From an uncultured Gammaproteobacteria bacterium (GTDB lineage: Bacteria > Patescibacteriota > Microgenomatia > Levybacterales > UBA12049): a stretch of 64,000 nt of DNA. Positions 1 through 9,522 of this stretch are shown here, piece after piece. The notes beneath the pieces were generated by a model that worked only from the letters and a program-made list of their open reading frames with translations, searched no databases and was not told where the DNA came from. The first letter of the stretch is position 1; every line of letters starts with the position of its first letter. Location of the stretch: contig OZ246394.1 of the NCBI GenBank assembly GCA_965230895.1, forward strand, positions 980,668-1,044,667. Direction: 5' to 3'. A program made the position numbers and the translations under genes.

Positions 1-31
1 ATATGTATGTAGTTTAATAAACTATACTATA

Positions 32-1234
32 TTACAAATTGTTCGTTTTGGAACGATGAAGTGGCAAATGAAAATGATTTGCTAAAAAAGCCAATCTTCC
101 TGAAGCAGCAAGTGATGGAGCGTGTTCTTTCTTCGCCTCAAGAGCAATCTTCTCAATTGTGTGTAGGAAATATAATAAATCAGGCTTTGTAACTTCACCA
201 ATATTTGCGACTTGGAAAACTTTTCCTTCCAATGGTCCTTTACCGTTATAAATAACAATTCTTCGCTCTTTTAATTTTTGTTTTAGTTGATCTGCATTAA
301 TATATGATGGAACCATTACTGTTGTCAAAACAGAAGACATTACGGATTCTCCAAGCTCATCTAGTAAGAAAGTAAATCCAAGTTTTTTCAGACCATGTCG
401 CAATACGAAAGCGCGTTCTGCAATTATTTTTCTTCTTTCTTGAATCCCTGTTATGAGAATATTTGCTAACGCTTGATCAAGCGCTGAGAAAAGATGTACG
501 GCTGGTGTATTTGGTGTTTGATTGATTGTTTTCGAATAGTGATATAGATTATAGAGGTTGAGGTACATTATTTTGCGAGGTATATCTTTGAGGTTTTCAA
601 GAGCCTTCTTTTCGGCAATAATAATACCAATTCCAGGAAGAGATCCAATTGCCTTTCCTGAAGATGTTGTACAATAAGTAATATTCCATTTTTCAATATC
701 GACTTTCTCCGCACTTGCGCTACTGACAGTATCGACAAATAACTGGGCACCATACTTCTTTGCTAATTTACCAACAGTGGAAACTGGATTTAGCATACCA
801 GTACTTGTTTCATGATGGACCATTACGACAAGATCGACTTCATGGTTTTGCAAATATTCTTCAATTTTTTTGATATCAAGGGCTTCAGCCCATTGGAAAG
901 AAATTTTATTCGTGTTTCTATTGTGCAATTTTGCAATTGTGTAGAGGCGTTCTCCGAATTCTCCATTTGTTAGTACTAAAATATTTTTCCCTTTACCGAG
1001 TGATGAAAGTACTGTCTCGTTTGCTGCAGTCCCAGAACCAGTAATAATTAATGGGTGATATTTTGATTGGTTCTTAATTTCAAACACATCAAGAACTCGC
1101 TTTTTCAAGCGACTCATTACTTCACAAAACTCTTCTTCACGATGCCCGATATGATTTGATAATGCCTGAACCACATTTGGCGCAACATTTACCGGACCAG
1201 GGCAGAGTAAAATATGTTCTTTAAATTTATTCAT
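32..1234 (-). CDS. Class V pyridoxal-phosphate aminotransferase (AGXT / serine-pyruvate aminotransferase family)
   Basis: 400 aa. N-terminal LLCPGPVNV motif and SSGKAIGS lysine region resemble class V aminotransferases; ATG start confirmed at 1234. Confidence 0.7.
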   Translation of the reverse strand: MNKFKEHILLCPGPVNVAPNVVQALSNHIGHREEEFCEVMSRLKKRVLDVFEIKNQSKYHPLIITGSGTAANETVLSSLGKGKNILVLTNGEFGERLYTIAKLHNRNTNKISFQWAEALDIKKIEEYLQNHEVDLVVMVHHETSTGMLNPVSTVGKLAKKYGAQLFVDTVSSASAEKVDIEKWNITYCTTSSGKAIGSLPGIGIIIAEKKALENLKDIPRKIMYLNLYNLYHYSKTINQTPNTPAVHLFSALDQALANILITGIQERRKIIAERAFVLRHGLKKLGFTFLLDELGESVMSSVLTTVMVPSYINADQLKQKLKERRIVIYNGKGPLEGKVFQVANIGEVTKPDLLYFLHTIEKIALEAKKEHAPSLAASGRLAFLANHFHLPLHRSKTNNL

Positions 1235-1517
1235 AATTTATAAATCAAAAAGACAATAAAAATAACAATATTAATTAATTAAACTAAAAAAACAAAAACC
1301 ACAAACAAGACACTTTCGCTTACCGTTAGAAGATGGCAGTCTAAGGTGAGGGGTCGAAGACAGGCTTTAGAACTATATTTCTCATTACTCTGTTATTATA
1401 ATACTCCTTTAAAGAATGCACAAGTAGATTCTTAAGTTTTGATTAAGGATGAGATTTATACATTATTTTTTCGTTCTTCTTACATTCTCCTTGTAATTGC
1501 AGAGTAATATATGCTTC

Positions 1518-2492
1518 ATGGACTTTAAATCTTACACAAAAGAACTTAATTTCAAAGTCATAAGTGATATCGAAACAGCTAAAGACATGTGGGAATATTT
1601 CTCTCCACAAGGTGAAATTGATGATGATTGGAATTTCCGATATACATTCTATAAGTATTTGAAATTTCCTTTACATTTCATCGTTGGTTATGATGGATCG
1701 AAGCCAGTTGGACTTTTCCCCTTACAAATGAATACTGGTAAAGGACCAATTCCACAAAACTATGAATTTAAGAAAAACTTTCTAGAATTTTTTGGTGGAG
1801 ACGACATGGATAGTAATACAGTATTTATCAAAGAAGGCTATGAACTTTCAATCCCACAGTTCTTGCAACAAATTAATGAAGCAAGTATCTTAGCACCACT
1901 CGCAAATGAGTATGGATTAAACACACTTCATCCTGGTGAATACACAACAAAGTATATTGCAGACCTTAAAGGCATGAAAGAATTTCGAGATTTTACAATG
2001 AAATTCTTTGATGGAAAAGGCAGAGGCAAGCTAAACAACCAATTGAGTAAACTTCACCGAACATACAAAATTCAAATTAAAGATGCAACAAGTGATGATC
2101 TTGAGTTACTTTTTGATTATAATATAAAACGCTTTGGAGAAACTTCATCCTTTCAGTGGGAATATAGAAAACAGGTTTTTTATGACCTTATGAAGCACTA
2201 CGATTATGATGTCTTTAAAGTTATTATTGATGATGAAGTAAAAGCTATTTCTTTTTCTCTTCTCTATAAAAAAGCATATTTATCTATGAACATTGGTTAT
2301 GATTATGATATACGAGATTTAGGAAAACTCGTCGTTAGTACACAATTCGAGCGAGCAATTAAATTGAAATGTGATGTATATGATGGTGGTAAAGGTGATA
2401 GCGGATGGAAAGAACAATTTCATCTTACGAGAATTCCGCAATATATATTAACAATTCCTGGAAATATCAGTAAACAAGTGGTCTATCGATAA
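1518..2492 (+). CDS. Hypothetical protein, possibly FemAB/CelD-like GNAT-fold acyltransferase (uncertain)
   Basis: ORF track start at 1497 is a TTG; first in-frame ATG is 1518 (MDFKSY...). No strong motif; weak resemblance to the Acetyltransf_6/FemAB-like family. Divergent from the aminotransferase gene. Confidence 0.3.
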   Translation: MDFKSYTKELNFKVISDIETAKDMWEYFSPQGEIDDDWNFRYTFYKYLKFPLHFIVGYDGSKPVGLFPLQMNTGKGPIPQNYEFKKNFLEFFGGDDMDSNTVFIKEGYELSIPQFLQQINEASILAPLANEYGLNTLHPGEYTTKYIADLKGMKEFRDFTMKFFDGKGRGKLNNQLSKLHRTYKIQIKDATSDDLELLFDYNIKRFGETSSFQWEYRKQVFYDLMKHYDYDVFKVIIDDEVKAISFSLLYKKAYLSMNIGYDYDIRDLGKLVVSTQFERAIKLKCDVYDGGKGDSGWKEQFHLTRIPQYILTIPGNISKQVVYR

Positions 2493-2549
2493 CACGTAAA
2501 CGATTATTCTTCTCTGCATAAAATCATGTGATCTGATACAATAGCCGCT

Positions 2550-4358
2550 GTGGATACTGCTCATAAAACGCTTCAGAAATATTTTGGATACGAAACATTC
2601 CGTCCTTTGCAAAAAGATATTGTCAAAGACGTATTAAACAAAAAAAACGTTTTCGTTCTCATGCCAACTGGGGGGGGAAAGTCTCTTTGCTATCAGCTAC
2701 CGAGTGTTGTGATGCCCGGAACAACTATTGTAATATCTCCCCTTATTTCTCTTATGAAAGATCAAGTAGATGCACTTAATATTAGTGGAATTAAAGCAGC
2801 ATTTTTGAATAGTTCACTTTCAACTTCCGAACAAAAAAAAGTGTTGCAACAATTACGCTCAAAAGAAATTTCACTTTTATATGTGGCGCCCGAAAGACTT
2901 GCACAACCTGGATTTATAGAAATTTTAAAAGATGTTGATATAAACTTCTTTGCAATTGATGAAGCACATTGTATTTCACAATGGGGACATGATTTTCGCC
3001 CAGAGTATCGTCAATTAAAAATGCTCAGAAAATATTTTCCTGAAAAATCAATCATTGCACTTACGGCTACAGCGACACCGCGCGTAAAATCAGACATAGT
3101 TTCAGAACTGCAAATTCCTGATGCATCAGTCTATCAAGCAAGTTTTGTCCGCCCAAATCTGTCATATAAAATAGTACCGAAACAAAAACCATTTGATCAA
3201 ACGCTTGCATTTATTAAAAGTAGAATGGCAAGTGATGCAGGGATAGTTTACTGTCAATCGCGAAAGAAAGTTGAAAGTGTTGCAGAGAGATTAGAGACAG
3301 AAGGCATCCGTGCACTACCCTATCATGCAGGTCTTCCGGATGAAGTTCGACAAAAGGATCAAGAGCGATTTTTGAAAGAAGACGTGGATGTAATCGTTGC
3401 GACAGTTGCATTCGGGATGGGCATCAATAAATCAAATGTGCGATATATCGTCCACTATGATTTACCTCAAAGTCTCGAGCATTATTACCAGGAAACTGGC
3501 CGTGCAGGTCGTGACGGTTTGCCAAGCGAATGTCTTTTCCTGTATAGCATTGCGGATAAATATGCATACGAACGATTTATTTTAGAGAAACAAAGTGATG
3601 AAGAACAATTGATTGCAAAAGCACAATTACAACGAGTTGTCGATTATGCTACAAGCCGAATTTGCAGGAGAAATTTTTTACTGCAATATTTTGCCGAAGA
3701 AACAAAAGAAGCAAAGTGCAATTCATGTGACAATTGTCTTAATCCTCAAGAAACAATTGATGGGACAGTACTTGCACAGAAAATACTTTCGTGTGTATAT
3801 CGGGTGCAAGAACGATTCGGGATTGGACACATTGCAGGAGTCCTTACTGGTTCTCAACAGCAAAAGATTATGCAATACAATCATGACAAACTCACAACAT
3901 ATGGCATCATAACAGATTATTCTTCGCAAGAAGTAAAGATGTTTATCTATGAACTTTTGCAATTAGGATATTTACAGCAATCAAAAGATCAATATGGACT
4001 TCTTTCTCTAACGCCGCAAAGTAAAGCATTGCTCACAGGAAAAAATAAAATTCTTTTAACCAAGCCAATGGAGCAAAAGATTGTAGTGAAAGAGACGCGT
4101 GAGACATATGATGATTACCAGGTAAATTCACAACTCTTTAATCGTTTAAGAGCACTTCGAAAGAAACTTGCAGATGAAAAAAATGTTCCGCCTTATATCA
4201 TTTTTTCTGATGCGACGCTTAAAGAAATGGCTGCAATAATTCCGTTAAGTTTGAAACAATTTGCAAATATCAAAGGAGTTGGTGCACAAAAATTAGCACA
4301 GTATGGAGATATTTTTATTGCAACAATTAAAGAGTTTGTATCCGAGAAGATGAAGTAA
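2550..4358 (+). CDS. recQ: ATP-dependent DNA helicase RecQ
   Basis: 602 aa; FGYETFRPLQ, Walker A PTGGGKS, DEAHCISQWGHDFRPEY, the RecQ C-terminal Zn-binding Cys cluster (CRR...CNSCDNC) and a C-terminal HRDC-like region. GTG start. Confidence 0.9.
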   Translation: MDTAHKTLQKYFGYETFRPLQKDIVKDVLNKKNVFVLMPTGGGKSLCYQLPSVVMPGTTIVISPLISLMKDQVDALNISGIKAAFLNSSLSTSEQKKVLQQLRSKEISLLYVAPERLAQPGFIEILKDVDINFFAIDEAHCISQWGHDFRPEYRQLKMLRKYFPEKSIIALTATATPRVKSDIVSELQIPDASVYQASFVRPNLSYKIVPKQKPFDQTLAFIKSRMASDAGIVYCQSRKKVESVAERLETEGIRALPYHAGLPDEVRQKDQERFLKEDVDVIVATVAFGMGINKSNVRYIVHYDLPQSLEHYYQETGRAGRDGLPSECLFLYSIADKYAYERFILEKQSDEEQLIAKAQLQRVVDYATSRICRRNFLLQYFAEETKEAKCNSCDNCLNPQETIDGTVLAQKILSCVYRVQERFGIGHIAGVLTGSQQQKIMQYNHDKLTTYGIITDYSSQEVKMFIYELLQLGYLQQSKDQYGLLSLTPQSKALLTGKNKILLTKPMEQKIVVKETRETYDDYQVNSQLFNRLRALRKKLADEKNVPPYIIFSDATLKEMAAIIPLSLKQFANIKGVGAQKLAQYGDIFIATIKEFVSEKMK

Positions 4359-4838
4359 TTATCGCACTTTACTTGAGACTACTTTTGAAGAAGAAGACTT
4401 ATCATCAGGTTGTGAACCAAGATTAATAAGAAATATTGCGATAACTGCAAACACGAGCCCTACAATCTGCATAGGTGTAAGGTTACTTTTGAAGATTAAA
4501 AATGCTAAAAAAGCGACAACACTTGATTGCATACCTGCAACCGCCAAAGCAAGTCCTGCATTTGGAGCAATTGCTGCGGCTTGATATAAAAGATAATTTC
4601 CCAATGCACTTAAAATACCAATTACAAGAAGAAGCATGATATTGCCTGTGGTTATCTCAAATTTTTGATTGCCGAAATAAAACGTCTGTATTGAATAATA
4701 CACTACAAATATCACACCTATCCCTAAAAGAATGAATGAAACTGGGAGTCCTCCTTTTGCAAGTACAGTGATAAGAAATGACATGGTTGAAAGGCAAGCG
4801 AGTGCTGACAATGAAAAAATGAACCAGGTATTATTCAT
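4359..4838 (-). CDS. Small integral membrane protein, EamA/DMT-like (4 predicted TM helices)
   Basis: Hydrophobic 4-helix pattern. Start moved to Met19 (MNNTWFIF) so it does not overlap the secA stop at 4840; convergent with recQ. Confidence 0.4.
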   Translation of the reverse strand: MNNTWFIFSLSALACLSTMSFLITVLAKGGLPVSFILLGIGVIFVVYYSIQTFYFGNQKFEITTGNIMLLLVIGILSALGNYLLYQAAAIAPNAGLALAVAGMQSSVVAFLAFLIFKSNLTPMQIVGLVFAVIAIFLINLGSQPDDKSSSSKVVSSKVR

Positions 4839-4839
4839 A

Positions 4840-7626
4840 TTATTCGCCAGTTTGAGGATAATGGCATTTTTTCCATTTTTTGCCTGATCCACACCAACAT
4901 GGATCGTTGCGACTTAATTTTGCTTTTGCAGATTTTGGTGCTGCAGGCTTTACAGAGACTTCACTTTCAGGTGTATTTGTCACTATCTTTCGGGGAGCTG
5001 CTTGTCCTGGAACTTCAGGGTGTGCAGGACCCTGGTGGACGGAACCATCTGCATGTGTATGTGTCTCTGTAGTATGAACATGTCCAGGTGCACCATGAGG
5101 AGGATTTGTACCAGGTTGTCCTTGTACTTGGACTTTGTAAATTCTGCGGACAATTTCATCATCGATACCGACAATTAATGTTTCAAACATACGAAACGCT
5201 TCGTTTTTATATTCAACCAATGGATCACGCTGTGCATATCCACGAAGTCCAATACCTTGGCGCAAATTATCAATTGCATCCAAGTGATTCATCCATAAGT
5301 TATCAATAACTGATAATGAAACAAATTTTTCAACTTGCCGCATTAATTGTGGACCAAGCTGCTCTTCTCTTTTTGCATAGACATCATTTGCAAGATTGAT
5401 AAGGAAATCTGTTTTTTCTTCGGTTCCTTTAATCTGTTGTAACTGCGTAAGTAACTGTACTTTTGATGCTTCGTCAAAAGGAATAATCATGACAAAAGCA
5501 TCGACGATTTCTTGATTCACTTTTAATGGTTCTTCAGAAGCACTTGCAACTGACAATTCGACCAAACTACGGATTGCATTATGGATTCGTTCAAGCACAT
5601 CTTCTTTTAGAGTACTTGTCTCATCAAGCTTTGATTCAAGAATTGTTCGGCGTCGGCCATAAATGATTTCGCGCTGCTTATTAAGAACATCATCATATTC
5701 AACCAAATGCTTACGAGTATCGAAATTAAATCCTTCAACTTTAACCTGTGCATTTTCAATTGATTTACTAACCAGTGGATGTTCAAGTGGAACATCCTCA
5801 GGCATATTAAATCGGGTCATTAATCCTGCAATTCGGTCTCCACCAAAGAGTCGCATGATTTCATCATCCAATGCTACGAAGAAGCGAGAAGCTCCAGGGT
5901 CACCTTGTCGACCAGATCGCCCACGAAGCTGATTATCAATACGTCGAGATTCATGTCGTTCCGTGCCAATGACATATAACCCACCAAGTTTCAATACTTC
6001 ATCATGTTCTTTTTCCCATTGCTTGTATTCTTTTGAAGACCTATTAACGGTACCATCATCATTCTTTGGTGTTTCTCCACCCAAAACGATATCAACTCCA
6101 CGACCTGCCATGTTTGTAGCGACGGTCACAGCACCTTTTTTACCAGCATCTGCGATAATCTCAGCTTCTTTTGCATGGTTTTTCGCATTCAAGACCTGAT
6201 GCTTAATCTTTCGACGGCGAAGAAGTTCAGAGATAATTTCATTTTTATCAATAGATGTTGTACCAACGAGAACAGGCTGTCCTTTTTTATATGCTTCTTC
6301 GATTGAATCAACTGCTGCAGAATACTTTGCTCGAGCTGTTTTATAGACAGCATCAGCATGATCAAGACGTTGCACTTCACGATATGTTGGGATAACGACA
6401 ACATCTAACTTGTAAATCTTCTTAAATTCTTCTGCTTCAGTTAACGCAGTACCAGTCATACCAGAAAGCGTATCGTACATACGGAAGTAATTCTGAAGTG
6501 AAACTGTCGCAAGAGTCTTTGATTCACGTTGAATTGGAACTCCTTCCTTAGCTTCAATCGCTTGATGAATACCTTCTGAAAGTCGACGTCCTTCAAGAAG
6601 TCGTCCAGTGAATTCATCAACCAAAACAACTTGATTGTCTTGAACAATATATTCTTTTTCACGATGAAACAATGCACGCGCTTTCAGTGCTGCTTCTAAA
6701 TGATAGACAGTTTCAAAATCTTTTTCATAAATGTCTTTGATACCATATAACTTCTCAATTTTTCCTATACCATGATCTGTTAAATGCGCAGTCTTAAACT
6801 TTTCATCAATTTTGAAATCAGTTTCAGGAGATAATTTATCAACAACTTTTGCGTATTCGTAATATCGTTGTGATGGAGATTCATCAGGCGCTGAAATAAT
6901 GTGAGGAGTTCGAGCTTCGTCAATAAGTACAGAGTCGACTTCGTCCACAATTGCATAGTTATATCCTCGTTGAACAAGACTATTCATATCTTGTGCCATA
7001 TTGTCGCGAAGATAATCAAAACCAAATTCGGAATTAATACCATACGTTACATCTGCAGCATATGCTTCTTTTCGATTAATGTTTTTTAGGTGGAGCAAAC
7101 GATAATCTGTTGCTTGTGCATTTGTATAATCAGCATCATAAATAAATGATTGATCGTTAATCATTGCAGCCACACTGACTCCAAGCATGTCGAAAACTGG
7201 TCCCATCCAACCAGCATCACGACGTGCGAGGTAATCATTTACAGTAACCAAATGTGCACCTTTGCCTGTTAAACTGTGGAGGTAAAGCGCAGGAACAGCT
7301 GTTAACGTCTTTCCTTCACCGGTTTTTTGTTCAGCAACTTTTCCTTGAGCTAATGTAATAGCACCCATCAATTGCTGATCAAAATGACGCATGCCAAGCG
7401 TTCTTCGAGCAGCTTCTCGTGCAAGGGCAAATGCTTCAGGAAGTAAATCGAGGACTTTTTCTCCATCAGCAATTCGTTTCTTAAACTCTTCAGTCTTTTT
7501 TGGAAAATCTTTATCCTTGAGTTTTTTGACCTTGTCTTCTTCGGCATTAATTGCATCAACAATTGGCTGGAGCTTTTTGATTTCTTGTTTATTTGAATCG
7601 AAGAGTTTGTTAATTATTCCTAGCAT
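4840..7626 (-). CDS. secA: Preprotein translocase ATPase SecA
   Basis: 928 aa with DEAD-motor motifs and the C-terminal zinc finger CWCGSGKKWKKCH typical of SecA. Confidence 0.95.
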   Translation of the reverse strand: MLGIINKLFDSNKQEIKKLQPIVDAINAEEDKVKKLKDKDFPKKTEEFKKRIADGEKVLDLLPEAFALAREAARRTLGMRHFDQQLMGAITLAQGKVAEQKTGEGKTLTAVPALYLHSLTGKGAHLVTVNDYLARRDAGWMGPVFDMLGVSVAAMINDQSFIYDADYTNAQATDYRLLHLKNINRKEAYAADVTYGINSEFGFDYLRDNMAQDMNSLVQRGYNYAIVDEVDSVLIDEARTPHIISAPDESPSQRYYEYAKVVDKLSPETDFKIDEKFKTAHLTDHGIGKIEKLYGIKDIYEKDFETVYHLEAALKARALFHREKEYIVQDNQVVLVDEFTGRLLEGRRLSEGIHQAIEAKEGVPIQRESKTLATVSLQNYFRMYDTLSGMTGTALTEAEEFKKIYKLDVVVIPTYREVQRLDHADAVYKTARAKYSAAVDSIEEAYKKGQPVLVGTTSIDKNEIISELLRRRKIKHQVLNAKNHAKEAEIIADAGKKGAVTVATNMAGRGVDIVLGGETPKNDDGTVNRSSKEYKQWEKEHDEVLKLGGLYVIGTERHESRRIDNQLRGRSGRQGDPGASRFFVALDDEIMRLFGGDRIAGLMTRFNMPEDVPLEHPLVSKSIENAQVKVEGFNFDTRKHLVEYDDVLNKQREIIYGRRRTILESKLDETSTLKEDVLERIHNAIRSLVELSVASASEEPLKVNQEIVDAFVMIIPFDEASKVQLLTQLQQIKGTEEKTDFLINLANDVYAKREEQLGPQLMRQVEKFVSLSVIDNLWMNHLDAIDNLRQGIGLRGYAQRDPLVEYKNEAFRMFETLIVGIDDEIVRRIYKVQVQGQPGTNPPHGAPGHVHTTETHTHADGSVHQGPAHPEVPGQAAPRKIVTNTPESEVSVKPAAPKSAKAKLSRNDPCWCGSGKKWKKCHYPQTGE

Positions 7627-7706
7627 ATGTGTTTGTCATTTGAAGGAATGACGTTTAGCAATTTATAATAGCACATTGCAGCCTCAATTGAAACAGTAGT
7701 TTCTGC

Positions 7707-8963
7707 CTATTTTAGAGGAACAATTTTGTCTTTACCCATGTACTTTTGTAAGACTTGTGGGATCAATACTGAGCCATCTTCTTGCTGGAAATTTTCAAGG
7801 ATTGCAGCAATTGGACGATTCATAGAGAACGCTGTACCGTTAAGAACATTGAGATATTTTCTCTGATCGCCATCTTGATATCGCATGTTTAAGCGTCGAG
7901 ATTGGAAGTCGGTGACGGTAGATGTTGATGTAACTTCTCGATACTTCTCTTGCGAAGGAAACCATGCTTCAATATCATACTTTCGCGCAGCATTAAATCC
8001 AAGATCACCTGTACAGATATAAAGAACTTGATAAGGCAAACCTAGATCCTGGAAAAACTTTTCTTCAAGTGAAAGCATATATTCATGTTCGCGATCATCT
8101 TCACCTTCCGCAACAAATGAAACCATTTCTACTTTATTGAACTGATGAACACGGAAAATTCCTTTGGTATCTTTTCCATAGCTTCCTGCTTCTCTTCTAA
8201 AGCATGAGGAATAACTGACGTATCTTCGAGGTAAATCTTTTTTCTGCAACACATCATTCATATGAAGCGGCACAACGGATTGCTCAGATGTCCCTACCAA
8301 ATAAAATCCATCTTTATCAAGTTCAAAGATATTATCCTGCTCCCCCATTGCTGTATAACCAAGTCCTTCCATAATTTCTTTTTTCACTAATACTGGTGGA
8401 GTTACCGGGGTGAATCCCTCTTTAATTAAGGTATCAAAAGCAAATTGTCGCAAAGCATTTTCTAAAAGTGCACCATCACCCAATAAATAGTTGAATCGAG
8501 CGCCACTTACAACTGCGGCTTGCTTAACATCAATGATTCCTAATGCTTCACCAAGCTGGAGATGATCTTTTGGTTTGAATGAGAACTTTGGAGGTTCACC
8601 AACTGTTTTCATTACTTCGTTTTCGGAATCGTCTTTGCCAACTTTGACATCAGGTTTTGATGGATTTGGGATACTCTTGAGGATCTGTTTGAGTTGGAGA
8701 TCAACTTCTTGCAAAGCATTTTCTTTCACATCTAATGCTTCTTTCACTTTTTTGCCTTTTTCTACTTGTTCTGGAGTTGGTTTACCTGTAATGCTTTTGG
8801 CAATTGCGTTGCGGTCCTCACGGAGTTTTTGGACTTCTTTTGCAATTGATTGTGATTGTTCATCGAGTTTCAAAAGGGCTTCAGTATCGACTGTTACTCC
8901 TTTTGCTTGTGAAGCTTCTTTAATTACTTGAGGGTTTTGGCGAATACGATTAATGTCTAACAT
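7707..8963 (-). CDS. serS: Seryl-tRNA synthetase
   Basis: 418 aa; N-terminal coiled-coil (MLDINRIRQNP...) plus class II core motifs; typical SerRS length. Confidence 0.9.
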   Translation of the reverse strand: MLDINRIRQNPQVIKEASQAKGVTVDTEALLKLDEQSQSIAKEVQKLREDRNAIAKSITGKPTPEQVEKGKKVKEALDVKENALQEVDLQLKQILKSIPNPSKPDVKVGKDDSENEVMKTVGEPPKFSFKPKDHLQLGEALGIIDVKQAAVVSGARFNYLLGDGALLENALRQFAFDTLIKEGFTPVTPPVLVKKEIMEGLGYTAMGEQDNIFELDKDGFYLVGTSEQSVVPLHMNDVLQKKDLPRRYVSYSSCFRREAGSYGKDTKGIFRVHQFNKVEMVSFVAEGEDDREHEYMLSLEEKFFQDLGLPYQVLYICTGDLGFNAARKYDIEAWFPSQEKYREVTSTSTVTDFQSRRLNMRYQDGDQRKYLNVLNGTAFSMNRPIAAILENFQQEDGSVLIPQVLQKYMGKDKIVPLK

Positions 8964-9046
8964 AGTTTTGTCTAGAATCCTGAAACCAGTTCAGGATGAC
9001 GATAATTGGAATTATACTTCTTTTTGGGAAGCTGTGCAACGAAGGA

Positions 9047-9403
9047 CTATTTGCGGGAAGTTGTTTTTCTCTTAGCTGCTTTTGCTGCACTTGCGATCTT
9101 TGCTTTTGCAAACTTTGCTGCTTTCTTTGATTTCGCTGAAACGTTCTTTGGAGCTTCCTTTACTGCGTCTGAAGCAACATGTTTTGTAAGCTGTGACTTC
9201 ATACGAGCTGCTTTGTTTGCATTAAGGATATTGTGCTTTACTGCTTTATCAACAGCACTGAAAGCTTCACTTACTGACTTTGCTTTTTTATCAGTTTCAG
9301 CAATTTTGATAAGCTTTTTGAAGACTTCTTTAACTTTCTTATTACGAGCTGTTCGAACTTTGTCCTGCTTTAATTTTTTCTTTGCGTGTTTTAATAACGG
9401 CAT
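9047..9403 (-). CDS. rpsT: 30S ribosomal protein S20 with Lys/Ala-rich C-terminal tail
   Basis: 118 aa; MPLLKHAKKKLKQDKVRTARNK matches the S20 N-terminus; extended KA-rich tail. Confidence 0.8.
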   Translation of the reverse strand: MPLLKHAKKKLKQDKVRTARNKKVKEVFKKLIKIAETDKKAKSVSEAFSAVDKAVKHNILNANKAARMKSQLTKHVASDAVKEAPKNVSAKSKKAAKFAKAKIASAAKAAKRKTTSRK

Positions 9404-9522
9404 TTCGTAATTTTAGCATGTTATGGCTAAAAAAACAACAATCACAACAATATTGCAAAAAAACAAAACAGAGAACTTCCAATCTTATTTCAGGACGACT
9501 ATAATAGTACAGTACTAGAATT

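Noticed and set aside
1235-1496. 262-nt AT-rich non-coding gap examined for tRNA, SRP RNA, RNase P or tmRNA
   Set aside because: No cloverleaf-compatible stems or conserved RNA motifs (no GGTTCGA-type T-arm, no SRP domain IV motif); best interpreted as a divergent promoter region.
8575-8931. 118-aa plus-strand ORF
   Set aside because: Antisense within serS.
9006-9410. 134-aa plus-strand ORF
   Set aside because: Antisense of rpsT; Phe/Ala-rich reverse translation of the Lys/Ala-rich S20 tail.
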